The notes under the pieces are model-generated. The model did no database searches, was not told the origin of the DNA, and worked only from the letters and a program-made list of their open reading frames with translations. From Macrostomum lignano (taxonomy: Eukaryota), in contig NIVC01001122.1 of NCBI GenBank assembly GCA_002269645.1, positions 248,001 through 312,000 on the forward strand: a stretch of DNA of 64,000 bases. Direction: 5' to 3'. Below are positions 35,795 to 49,090 of the stretch, piece by piece (positions within the stretch are counted from its first letter, which is position 1; every line of letters begins with the position of its first letter). Made by a program: the position numbers and the translations under genes.

Positions 35795-35958
35795 TTGAAA
35801 CTTAGTTCCTCCCGATTGCGACTTAGTTCCTCCCGATTGCGACTTAGTTCCTCCCGATTGCGACTTAGTTCCTCCTAATTGCGACTTAGTTCCTCCCGAT
35901 TGCGACCTAGTTCCTCCTAATTGCGACTTAGTTCCTCCTAATTGCGACTTAGTTCCTC
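35795..35958. repeat. 21-nt minisatellite
   Basis: Unit CCCGATTGCGACTTAGTTCCT, about 8 copies. Confidence 0.88.
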
Positions 35959-36305
35959 TGTTCTCTTTTCTTCTTAAGCCACTTACTTTACCCACCCATA
36001 ATAATAGCCAAAACCTTTGCAACAATACCTGCAGAAGTCAGCCTTTGGCCTTAAACGAGGAACTGCAGAAGAATATTTTTTGCTGTACCCAATGCCTCTA
36101 ATTTCTTTTTTCTAAAGTAAACATAATTCAGCATAATAAAGCTGTTTTTGAACTTATTAAACAATTTATTGTTTATTTAATTTTTATTCATTGTTCATTT
36201 GTGATATATTGGTTAAATTCCCAAGTATTTGGCTAAAAGTAGTAAGATTGAAAGCAAAATTGTTATAGTTTTTTCAAGTAGTTAATATCCATATTAACAT
36301 TTTGC

Positions 36306-39212
36306 ATGGATTCTGGAAATTTTGGTCAGCCCAGTGGTGGAGGGTTTGGCCATGGCCAAGGCTTTGGTCATTCCAATCAGTCAGGTGACAATTTCCAGCA
36401 AAGAAATTTTAATTCAAACAATGGAAGTTATCATCAGCGATGTGGATTTGCCAATGATGGATCAAGTGGAGGTCGTGGTGGCGGCTTTCAAAACAGCCGA
36501 ACGAACAATAATGGCTTCGTCTCGAGTCGGCAGGACTGGTTTGAGCCCGAGAAAGGCCCCGTTGATGGTGCAACTGGGGGTGGACTTGTAGCAGATGGAA
36601 ATGACGGATTTGGAAGGTCTAGTAATTCTGGAGGCTTTGGACAGGCCGGTGGCTTCAGAGATGGCGGCGGTTTTGAAGTATACAACAGTGGTTTCAGAGG
36701 CAGTCGCGGTGGAGGCTTTAGAGGTGGCCGCGGCGGAGGTTTAGAAGATGGTGGAAACGGCGGCTTTGGAAGAGGCGGTGGCCGAGGCTTTGGAAGAGGC
36801 GGTGGTGGAGGCTTTGGAAGAGGCGGTGGTGAAGGTTTTGGAAGAGGCGGTGGTGGAGGCTTTGGAAGAGGCGGTGGTGAAGGTTTTGGGAGAGGCGCCG
36901 GTGGAGGCTTTGGGAGAGGCGGTGGTGAAGGTTTTGGAAGAGGCGGCGGTGGAGGCTTTGGAAGAGGCGGCGGTAGAGGCTTTGAAAGAGGCGGTGGTGG
37001 AGGCTTTGAAAGAAGCGGTGGTGGAGGCTTTGAAAGAGGCGGTGGTGGAGGCTTTGGAAGAGGCGGTGGTGGAGGCTTTGGAAGAGGCGGTGGTGGATTC
37101 GGTTCCAGTAGCAACAGCGGAGGTTTCGGCGGAGGCAACAATAACAAAGATTTAGAAGACAGCGCCGATGGCCATGAAGGATTTGGAAGCGATAGCGGAG
37201 GCGGATTTGGAAGCAGTGGCGGAGGCGGATTTGGAAGCGGTGGTGGAGGCGGATTTGGAGGTGGTAGTGCTCGTGGAGGATTTGGAGGCGGTGGTGGAGG
37301 ATTCGGAGGCGGAGGCAACGCTGCTGGTAACGCCGATCCTGCGGCGCCCAAACGCATTCCGTGGGCGGAAATTCGAGCCAATATGGCCAAGGCGATGTTT
37401 GCGCCATGGGAGAATGAACCGCCCGTCAAGAAAGATTTCTATCAGGAAGTTGAGTCAATTGCTCGAATGACCGACAGTGAAAGACAAGCGTTGTACGCTG
37501 AGCTTAACAATATTACAGTTCAGGATCTAAAAGAAGAGAGTAGCACAAAAAGGTCCATTCCTAATCCAGTGCGCAAGTTCGAAGAGGCCTGGTCCCCCTA
37601 TCCGGGCATCATGCGCGAAATAATGAAGAACGGATTCGAGCGACCAACTCCGATTCAATGCCAGGCGTGGCCTGTGCTGCTCAAAGGCATGGACTTCATC
37701 GGCATTGCTCAGACTGGCACAGGCAAGACGCTTGCCTTCCTGTTGCCGGCATTCATTCACATTGAAGGCCAAGTGAGACCGCGAAAAGAGCGCAATGGCC
37801 CGACTGTCTTGGTGCTGAGTCCGACCCGCGAGCTGGCTCTACAGATTCAAGGCGAAGTGGAGAAATACGCGTACAAGGGCATCCGCTGTGTGTGCGTGTA
37901 TGGCGGCGGCTCCCGTAGGCAGCAGGTGGCTCAAGTAGAGAAAGGCGTTGAAATTGTTGTTGCCACGCCCGGCCGACTCAACGATATTGTTGCTGAGGGC
38001 AAGTTAAATCTATTCCACGTTAGCTACCTCATACTTGATGAAGCTGATCGAATGCTCGACATGGGCTTCGAGCCTCAGATAATCCGCGCCATTTCTAAGA
38101 TCCGACCAGACCGACAGACGGTAATGACATCGGCAACTTGGCCTCCGGGTGTTCGGCGTATCGCTGACAAGTACATGACAGATCCGGTACAGTGCTACGT
38201 TGGTTCTCTTGACCTGGCCGCTGTGCACACGGTCACGCAGTATATTGAGATTGTTGAAGAGGACGATAAGAAGCCATGCATCCTGCGATTTGTTTCCCAG
38301 GAAATGCAGCCAACTGACAAAGTATTGGTATTTGTCAGCCGTAAAATCTACGCCGATCATTTGGCCACGGATATGGTGATGGCTGGGCTAGACGTTGAAA
38401 CGATCCATGGCGATCGAGACCAGGTGAGCGCTTTTGTATGCTGGAATATGTGTAAGACAAAACATTGAGTATGAGCTCTTGTTTTGAACCATTCAGGCAA
38501 ATTATGCGATTTCACAGAAACACCGCATTTTTCGCTAATTTATGCTGTCAGCTGAAAGTTCCGATTCTAATGCATTAATATGTACCCTGTGTCTGATTTA
38601 TGTATAAATCGCCTATCTTATACACTGTCGGTACTTACTATCTCATTATCATACTCCTTGTTCTATTGGGCTCTGACACATACATAGCTTCAAAGGTTTA
38701 GTTACCCTGTGTGTACATGCCTGGCGATGATAAGTTAGGGCAGGGATGCGACACTACTCTAACCCAGCTCCCCTGCAAATATATGCCTGATGCTTGATTT
38801 AGTCTGTTACAATTTGCCACTTCAGCACGATCGTGAGGAGGCCCTGCGCAACTTTCGTAGCGGCGACGTTCGCATTCTGGTCGCCACGGATCTGGCCAGC
38901 CGCGGCCTCGACGTCAAAGACGTTACTCACGTCATTAATATGGACATGCCTAAGAACATGGAAGAGTACGTGCATCGTGTTGGCCGGACTGGCCGCGCCG
39001 GCGCCTCGGGCGTTGCTATCACATTCGTGACCCGCCAGGACTGGACTAAAGTTGGCGAACTAATCAAAATTCTTGAGGAGGCCAACCAGGAGGTGCCTAA
39101 TGAGCTTCGACGCATGGCCGAGCGCTGGGAGCGAAAGAAAGCCGAAGGCGGCGCGAGTTTCGGTCAGCGGCGCAATCGACGCGACGATTATGGCTCTGGA
39201 ATCATTCTGTAG
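36306..39212 (+). CDS. DDX43: DEAD-box RNA helicase, DDX43/DDX53-like core with a long Gly/Phe/Arg-rich N-terminus
   Basis: Exons 36306-38423 and 38826-39212 (phase-0 intron CAG|gtgag...ttcag), 834 aa. Q motif GFERPTPIQ, motif [53 protein letters not shown] and [13 protein letters not shown] fit DDX43 rather than Vasa. Confidence 0.85.
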
Positions 39213-40973
39213 TCGCTTCTGCTCAAGGGTGTCCGCGACCTGGAAAAACAAGGAAATTAAACAAAAACTCGAGAAACCCCAGTAATTGCCAAAGATACCT
39301 GAAAAAAGGAGTAAAAAACAGGAAATCAGTATAGCTTGTTGAACCTAGTAGTCTAAGCTTCAAAAACCCAAAATCTATGGAAATATGACATTTATTATAA
39401 TTTATTGTATCATTTTTCAGGGAAGAGGAAAGATGGTCGGGTATGAATTTTGATTAGTGATACTTTTCCCTACTCACGGGGAATACGCGGACACCCTGTG
39501 ACTACTACTCATGGCAAAGTGAAGCTCGATTTTGCAATTACTGTTTTTTGCCACCCTATGGTCCCTTTATATCCCAAGCTGTTTTGGAAATTATTGTTTT
39601 AACTGCGATGCAATTAATAAGTCAAATGGTGAACTAACTGAATATGCAATGCACATCAGAGTATACTCATACTATGTACTCAAAAATACAAGAAGATCAT
39701 AGAGATGATCTAAAAACATTTGCATTAAATTTGAAATAAAACTGAGAGCTGTTTGTCAGAGGCGGGCGTTGCATCGCGGGATATGATGAGAGATCGCTTT
39801 TATTATTAAGCTTTGTTATCATTGCATTTACTAATTGTTATTTTCCTGTTTCTCTCTCCTTATCTTTTTACTAGTATTAATAAATAGATCGTAATCAGCC
39901 CAAACATTCTTTTTCAGTCTGTAGCCCGATCAGTTTTTATCATATAAATATCAGCGCTAATAACAGTTTCAATTTGTTTTAACTTTCAACTTATCCTACT
40001 TGTTTAATATGTATATCAGTATGTTTTGTATTTTTGTCACGTTTTTTCAATTAAAAAGTGAGGCTGGATTTAACAATTAGACAATATAGATTTTTTTATT
40101 AATTTCGTTGCCACCTCCTACGCGGATTTGCATTTGACAGTTGAGTAGAATTCGATTTAACTTTGCTGTTTTGATTCTCTACTTTCTCTCTGTCCGGTGC
40201 TTATGGCCTACCTAGCTGGATAAAAAAGCTTAGTGTATAAAATCCTGATTTGGTTCTGCGACCTGTTTGAGTCGTCCAAGTTTGCGATGCGGTGTTAGTT
40301 ATTAATGTACTTTCAGGTGAAGTTATTTTCAGCTCTTTAATTAAAGTTGTATAACAAATATATAGTCAGTTTCTGTGTTTATGGTTTAATGGCTTTGGCT
40401 TTGATTTTTTGCTTATAGTCTAATGGGTATAACCTATTCCCAACTATTAGTAAAGTATAGTTTTGATTTTGCCCACAGACATTAGTACATTTTCTACTAT
40501 AATCGTACAGAACTGGTAGAGAAAAACGTCACTGGCAGGATGTGTGAAGTTATAAAAAAGTTGGCCATCGACGCCTGCAGTGCAGCTCCCACGCATCCTT
40601 TTTGTGCTGTTGTCTATGGCCGAATTATCAACTTGCCTGCCCTTTTTTCTGTCTATAGGAAATCTCGCCTTGGCTAACAAAAGCGATATCAGTAAAGGGA
40701 GCACGCACAGCACAGACAAGTCCCTCTTCCTACCATAGACTAAATCTGCTCCAGGCCAAACGAATAAGTTTTCCATTTTTTTAAAAGAGCATTCCAAGCA
40801 GAAATATGTTGCTCCATATGTCAGAACTAAACGCAATGATTATGTAGCTAAAAATCTGCTTGGAGACAGTAAACAAATCCAAGGGTATAAGGAATGGCGG
40901 GGATTCTAACCGATTGCCCTGCTGTTTAAGAGACCTTGGAACAGTTGGCCTTGAAATTTCATTATTGAGTAGA

Positions 40974-41862
40974 TGTTGTATCCCCCTTCCTCGCTGGCAC
41001 GGCCGGGTTGGGCGACGGGTAGCGGTGTCGGGGTTCGGGTACTAGACTGCCCAGGGCTTACGAGCTCGATCGGCGACCCCGAGGCGTACGGACACTTCGG
41101 GGGGAGGTCAAGGTTGAGAAGTCGAGAGAGAGGGGAGGGGCGGCTGTGGGCGGGCGGCCACTCGACAGCCTGGTGAGTCAAGGAAGAGAGAGAGGGCTGC
41201 GGGCGGTCGGCCACTCGACAGCCTGGTGAATCAAGGAAAAGAGAGAGGGCTGTGGGCGGGCGGCCACTCGACAGCCTGGTGAGTCAAGGAAGAGAGAGAG
41301 GGCTGCGGGCGGTCGGCCACTCGACAGCCTGGTGAGTCAGACTGAGGAGAGAGTGAGAGAGAGAGAGATCAGGAGAGCGACCCGAGGAACACAGGCAATT
41401 GTCTCGACAGCTTACCGGGCCGGGTCGATTATAGCACTCATACACGGGAAGGCCGATCGATTGCAATAAATTGAGTCTTCGCAGTAAGAGACCGTCTTTA
41501 CGGCTGATCGCTGGTCACGTTCGTTTATTTATCGCGGTGGGCGCAAATGGGCGCAGGCACGGTGAGAAAAGGGGCGGGGTCTGAGCGTCGCCTTAAATAA
41601 CGAGTAAAAAGGGGCAGGGGCGCAAACAAGGGGGGGAGAAAGGGCTTAAACAATGGAGCTGATTGACAGCTGATTGGCTGCGGCGAGGGGAGGGTGGAAG
41701 CGCGCACGGCCAGGGAGAGGGAGAGAGAGCAGAGGCCCAGCCAATCAGCACGGCTAGCCAAAGGGCTAAACAGCCAAGGCGAGAGAGAGAGAGAAAGAGA
41801 GCAGAGGCTCAGCCAAAGGGCTCATAGCTCCAGACTGGCTTGAGCCGGGGGGGGGGGTAACA
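40974..41862 (-). mobile_element. LTR-like GC-rich element (solo-LTR candidate) containing an SL exon copy
   Basis: TGTT...AACA termini with imperfect terminal inversion (TGTTGTATCCCCC / GGGGGGTAACA); sharp GC island in AT-rich DNA; CCAAT boxes and TATA-like motifs (minus strand TATTTAAG about 41600, ATAAATAAA about 41532); internal ~53-nt repeats; no ORF. No TSD, PBS or PPT found. Confidence 0.5.
41462..41503 (-). ncRNA. Spliced-leader exon copy (SL relic), lacking the terminal AUG and GT donor
   Basis: Minus strand reads CCGTAAAGACGGTCTCTTACTGCGAAGACTCAATTTATTGCA then ATCG. This matches 42 of 44 nt of the Macrostomum lignano SL as I recall it (...TTTATTGCATG) and shows the flatworm SL hallmarks CCGT-n-ACGG hairpin and TTGCA. 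Confidence 0.8.
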
Positions 41863-42068
41863 ATAATCAACTACCAAAGTCAACAACTATCAAAGTGCAC
41901 TTGCACCAAGGGAGCACTGTGACACAGGTCACAACATAGATATAAGATAGTACTGCTAGTAGTATCTCTTGGAATAAAATTAACTGAGTTTGGTAACTCT
42001 TATTCTCATAGTTTGTCTTCCCCGAACAATGTCTCAGTACCACAAATTCACGCCACTCGACACTTCAG

Positions 42069-43391
42069 AGCGATCTAGTACCAGCGCAGACAGCTGCGGC
42101 CGCAGGCGACCCTGCTGACCCTGCGGCTGTTGAAGTTGAGCAGCAGCAGGCTAAGCCACCAGCTCCAGACGATGAGAAACTTTCGCCGCCACCAGCCGCT
42201 GGAGCTGCTGGAGTTGATGTCGACGTTGACCCGGCGTCCCGGTCGGGCTCAAGCGATCACGAAGGCGAAGGAAGCGGTGATAATAAGAGCGTCAGCGACG
42301 ACGGAGACGAAGACGATCGGGATCGGGGCAGTCGGCGGCATCCGCGCAGTCGGCATCACCATCGGCATCATCGACGTCGCCACGGCGGCGATCATCGGCG
42401 GCGTCGGCGTAGTCCAAGCTACAATGAAGACGGCGACGGCAGAGACGACGGCGGAGCTCGAAGTCGGAGCTGCAGTCCCGCCGACAGCCGCAGCCGGAGC
42501 CGCAGTCCAGCTAGAAGCCGCAGTCGGAGTGGCTCCCGCTCCAGCGATCGAAGCCATCGCAGACATCGGCGTCACCGACGGCGTCACGGTCGAAGCCGCG
42601 GACGTGACGAGCGTCATCGTCGGCATCACCGTCATCATCACCGGCGGCATCGGCGGCACCGACGCCGATCAGGTTCTTCGTCTTCCGCATCGTCAGCTGC
42701 TTCTGGCGGCGGCAGCGGCGGCCCAGTCATCAGTCGTGCCGCCTGCGCCAGGCCTGCTGCTTCGACTTCTTGTAGTGCGTCGGCGACTCAGCACCAACTG
42801 GTTGTCTCGCAGCCGCAGGAGAATCCCCAGGTGTTGGAGCAGCGTCGACAGCGCCTTCTGGCTCTGCAGGCGGCCGCTATCAAGCAGCAAATACAGCACA
42901 AGCAGCAGCAGCAGGCGGTTGCGGCGGCCGCAGCTACGGGCATCGAGGTGCCGAAATTCTACAATCCCGGCTCGGTTGACGCCAACAGGTTCGCCCAGCA
43001 GGAGCAAAAGCGTCGCCTGTTGTGGTCGAAGGCTGGGCAGAATTCTAGAAAAACTGAAACGGCCTGGTCGCGTCAGTTGAGCGCAGTTAATGGCGATACA
43101 AGCAAATTCTGCAAGCTGATGGGCATGCGCGGAGCCGCTAGCAGTCACCAACAGACTGATGCTGATCAGCAAGCTAGCGAAGCTGGCCCGCCTACTTCAT
43201 CAGCGAATCCAACTGGTAACAGTTCGGCTACTCCGGCTGATAGCGACAAGGCTCGCCAACGCCAGGAGGAGATGTTCAACAAATTGGAGACGCAGTACGT
43301 GCAGGCGCAGCACAATACTGGCGGAATGCGCAGCGCTGGCCTGGGCTTCGGCTTGGGTTCTTCTAGTCATCCGGCTGCTCACCCGAAGTGA
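42069..43391 (+). CDS. RSRC2: Arginine/serine-rich coiled-coil protein 2 (RSRC2)-like; coding exon without ATG
   Basis: I translated a stop-free frame from the acceptor cacttcag|AGC GAT CTA (42069) to TGA (43391): acidic region, RS/RH-rich tract, then VPKFYNPGSVDANRFAQQEQKRRLLW, KFCKLMG, QEEMFNKLETQY and GLGFG, matching the RSRC2 C-terminal (SMAP-like) region. The ORF track shows only the part from GTG 42831. Confidence 0.88.
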   Translation, partial: SDLVPAQTAAAAGDPADPAAVEVEQQQAKPPAPDDEKLSPPPAAGAAGVDVDVDPASRSGSSDHEGEGSGDNKSVSDDGDEDDRDRGSRRHPRSRHHHRHHRRRHGGDHRRRRRSPSYNEDGDGRDDGGARSRSCSPADSRSRSRSPARSRSRSGSRSSDRSHRRHRRHRRRHGRSRGRDERHRRHHRHHHRRHRRHRRRSGSSSSASSAASGGGSGGPVISRAACARPAASTSCSASATQHQLVVSQPQENPQVLEQRRQRLLALQAAAIKQQIQHKQQQQAVAAAAATGIEVPKFYNPGSVDANRFAQQEQKRRLLWSKAGQNSRKTETAWSRQLSAVNGDTSKFCKLMGMRGAASSHQQTDADQQASEAGPPTSSANPTGNSSATPADSDKARQRQEEMFNKLETQYVQAQHNTGGMRSAGLGFGLGSSSHPAAHPK

Positions 43392-43901
43392 GCTAAGGGA
43401 GTGTGTGCATTCCTTCAGTTAATTTATGCTCATTAGGTCGGCAAATTGTAAGAATTTCGTGATCTCTGTAATAATTCACTTAAAGTATAGCCGCAGTCTC
43501 GTTTAGTGCGTATGAATTAAGCATTTAGATATTGGGTGTTTGTTATTGTTATTTATTACTAAACTGTCATTATTTCATGTAAAAATGATTCATCTCGAAA
43601 AGTGATAATGTAGGCATCTTATGATTTTGCTTGTCCACATTTATACTTTCAATGTCGCATGTTAATTACTATATATAAAATCTGAGCACCCTACCTATTC
43701 ATTGATTGCAATGTTGCTTTAAATCACTTCAATCTCCCATTTTCCAACTAAAGTATATAAATTACTTCATTTCTACGTCAATGCTTGTCATTGGCGTTAC
43801 GATGAGATGCATCCCATTTTTTCTATTCATTTCAATTAATACAATTCTCTTGGGTAGCAACTGTAGTTTAATAAAGATGGATACTAAAAATACTGAAAAT
43901 A

Positions 43902-45209
43902 CGAGGGATACTCCAAAAGTTTTGCAATTCAACCACTTGCGCAAGTCGCACAATCTTCAAAACCAACTCTCTGTACAATAAACATGTACATAGTCACCAC
44001 CTCAATTTTCAAGTTAATTCATACATATACGCCTGCTCAGCCCCCAGTCAAAGTCAGAGACTCCTTAACTGTACAGCTGCAGCCATGGAATTGAATCGTG
44101 AGCAGAATCGGCTACTAATTTGGTACTGCCACAAGCGAAAGCTCACGGCGCTTGAGACTCATGCCGAGCTACTGGCAACATTGGAGGCTCAAGCGCCGTC
44201 ATATGCTACGGTTACATGCTGGTACCGCGAGTTCCAGGCCGGCAGGACCAGCTTTTCTGACGACCCCCGGCCCGGGAGACCTCCGACAGCAGTGACGGAG
44301 GAAAACATCGTTGCAGTGCAGGAGCTGATTCATCAGGATCCGCGAATCACCACGGACATGCTAGCTATGAATGTCGGCATTGGATCGGCAGCGGTCGATA
44401 CGATTCTACACGATCACCTGAGAGTCAGGAAGCTTTGTGCCCGATGGATACCCCACATCCTGACAGATGCTAAAAAACAGGCCCGCATGGAGTTCTGTCA
44501 GTTTCTCATCGATCGATATGAGCACGGGAGCCATCAGCGCCGCTCTGAGGTCATCACTGGTGATGAGACGTTTCTGTATCATTTTGACGTCGAGACAAAG
44601 CGCAGCAGTGCAGAGTGGGTGCCGGAAGGTGGTCAACGACCCCTGAAAGCAAGGCGGTCCCGGTCCCAGGGCAAGCGGATGTTTGCCATCTTCTTCGACT
44701 CACAAGGCGTGGTGGCGATGGTGAAGCTGGAGGGTCAAGCTACAGTCACTGCTCGATGGTACACTGAAGAGTGCTTGCCAGTCGTGATCGACAGCGTGAC
44801 CCAGAGGGCGCCAAGGACGGGAATGCGAGGGCGGAAGCTTCACCATGACAACGCCCCCGCCCACACGGCTGCTGCAACTCGAGCGTTCCTGGACCAAGAG
44901 GGCATTTCAACGCTACCACACCCGGCCTACTCACCAGACCTCGCCCCCTGCGACTTCTGGCTCTTTCCAGAAATCAAAAAGTCGCTTAGGGGGCGCAGGT
45001 TTCAGTCCGACGAGGAGCTGGAGCAGGCGGCGAAGGAGGCGATTGACGGCATCCCAATTGAAGACTTCCAGGGCTTGATGAACAAGTGGCTCGGACGAGC
45101 GCACAAGTGTTTGCAGTTCCGGGGAGCCTACTTTGAAGGATTGTAATAGAAAAGTTTGGCAAAATTAACTTTAAATAGTCGAATTGCAAAACTTTTAGAG
45201 TATCCCTCG
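43902..45209 (+). mobile_element. Full-length, apparently intact mariner transposon (DD34D); transposase ORF 44085-45146
   Basis: 29-bp TIRs CGAGGGATACTCCAAAAGTTTTGCAATTC with 1 mismatch; TA on both flanks; uninterrupted 353-aa ORF with WIPHIL, TGDET, HHDNA-x34-D and YSPDLAPCDF. Confidence 0.96.
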
Positions 45210-45597
45210 TAGATGCTGCAAAATAGAGGTTGGGGTGGGGGGTGGGCAGTTGTGGCTTGTGAACGAAAAATTGGTTGGGGGTTGTTGTGCGATTTACACA
45301 CTCGAGGGCCAACCCCCAGGCACAGAGAGTAGCCGATGTACACCCTGTGTGAGCGTGTGTACGAGTGCATGCCTGTGTACAGTGTTAGCGCGCTTGTGTG
45401 CTCTCAGGAGTCAGCGGAATGGCTTGTGTGACACAGTCCTGCAATTATACTGCTCCAGGCTGTTAGACTTGCACTTACTGTTCTAAGTACAATTTAAATA
45501 AACAATGACAATGAGTTGCTAACGCACCTGTCAGCAAGTTAACCCTTTCGCCATGCATTTTCAGCTAGCGTTTAAAATCTATTTATAGCACACAAAA

Positions 45598-47700
<2,103 letters not shown>

Positions 47701-49090
47701 GCCGGTTAACAGAAGCGCAGACAGGCTGTTGGTTCGCCTTGAAGAATATTATTTATTATTATTGAAGCGACTTATTTTACATCTATCTGCTGGGTAGTAA
47801 CGCGTGCAAAGAAATTCGTTTGTTCTTTCTGGGGATTTTCTCTTTGCACACGCGATTGATAGCTAAATAAGCAGACCTCTGAGTTTTGATCAGCCTACAA
47901 TATAAGCTGCGTCACCTTGTTTGTTTAGCCTTATCTAAGTAGAACAATTAATTCGACTGCTAGCATCATATAAAATGACAACTATAGGCAAAGCCTTCCT
48001 TCTTCTCTTTAATGCGGAATCCGAGTCTGTTAGACCGTCTTTTTAGCTAGCGATACTCCCTTTTGTCGTGCGCACATTGGGTTCTTATTACTGTAGTTGA
48101 TCAATTAATTATAGAATATATCTGCATATTTATATACAAATAAACAGTTTAATTACTGAAAGATATACGAAGTAAATGTCACGAGGGATTCAACTCGTTA
48201 GAATTCGTCATAAAACTATCTTTGGCTGTTGAGACCATAAATTATTTGGATTTCATGTCTGGCTTTACAGTTTTACTTTTTTAATTATTGAACTCAGTGA
48301 CTTGATCCCGCCATCTTAGCATTTTGAAATTATGACTTGATGGCAAACTGTCGCTGAAAGATTATCGCTTAGTCAAAGAGCAGTCTGTCGTTTATTTGAC
48401 AAATTTGCTAAGAGAACTTTGCTACAGTTATACGAAGTACGAGCTAGAATGCCTTTGCAGAAGCATTTCGAACATTGTTCTTATATCCAAACATCTTATT
48501 GTAGAAATATAAATTATATACTGCTACATGTAATTAAGGTGCATGTAAAACTAAGCAAGAACATTCATTGTAAAGCGATCCCAGTACTAATAGGCCAGCG
48601 TTTACCAGTCAAACCACAATAGTGTTCGTTCAAGGGCGAAAATTCCTTGGACAATACCTTGTACGAGTACTACAAGCTTTGGCAATCTTAAGCGCAGCGA
48701 AATAAAAAACGCCAAATAGGTGCTTTAAATTGGTGTATCAAAAGTTTCAATGTTTTTTTCAGTGCAGATTAATTTAAAAACTTTAACGTCAGGCAATGCG
48801 AGGACCTGTGCTGTATGTTGTCCTTGTTTGAGGTTCATAAAAAGCAGTGCAAGCAATTATACTTGCAGTTCTCGAAAAAGTTTGCTTTGTAGATTTGCTT
48901 CGGTATTGCTTTGTAGAATTTATTAGAAGTTTCTAAACGCAGTGCTGTTATTATATAATTTCCATTCAATTATTTTTTACTTAAATACTGGGATTGCTAG
49001 CTCGTATATGTGTAGTTTTGTTTTTGTCTTCTGTTTAAATGTGATTCATTATCAATTTTGCTTTCTACGAATCAACTTTCTCGAAGGTTC

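Noticed and set aside
36306-38468. Calling the helicase Vasa/DDX4
   Set aside because: The N-terminus is Vasa-like but motif I is [13 protein letters not shown], not MACAQTGSGKTAAF, and there is no acidic Trp-ending C-terminus.
39421-39460. Extra 3' exon for DDX43 after the acceptor catttttcag
   Set aside because: The required donor in exon 2 (TTCG|gtcagc) is weak, and exon 2 already ends in a clean stop.
40891-40915. tRNA/SINE B-box-like motif (minus strand GGTTAGAATCCC)
   Set aside because: No A-box or cloverleaf could be built.
41380-41503. Functional SL RNA gene
   Set aside because: The SL copy lacks the terminal AUG and immediate GT donor, and no Sm-binding U-tract is visible downstream.
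40960-41870. Target-site duplication, PBS or PPT for the LTR-like element
   Set aside because: The flanks (gtaga versus ataat) do not match and no TGG-PBS or purine tract adjoins, so the LTR call stays tentative.
36488-43080. Antisense or alternative-frame ORFs over DDX43 and RSRC2 (36488-37429, 42130-43080)
   Set aside because: Shadow frames of low-complexity GC-rich coding sequence.
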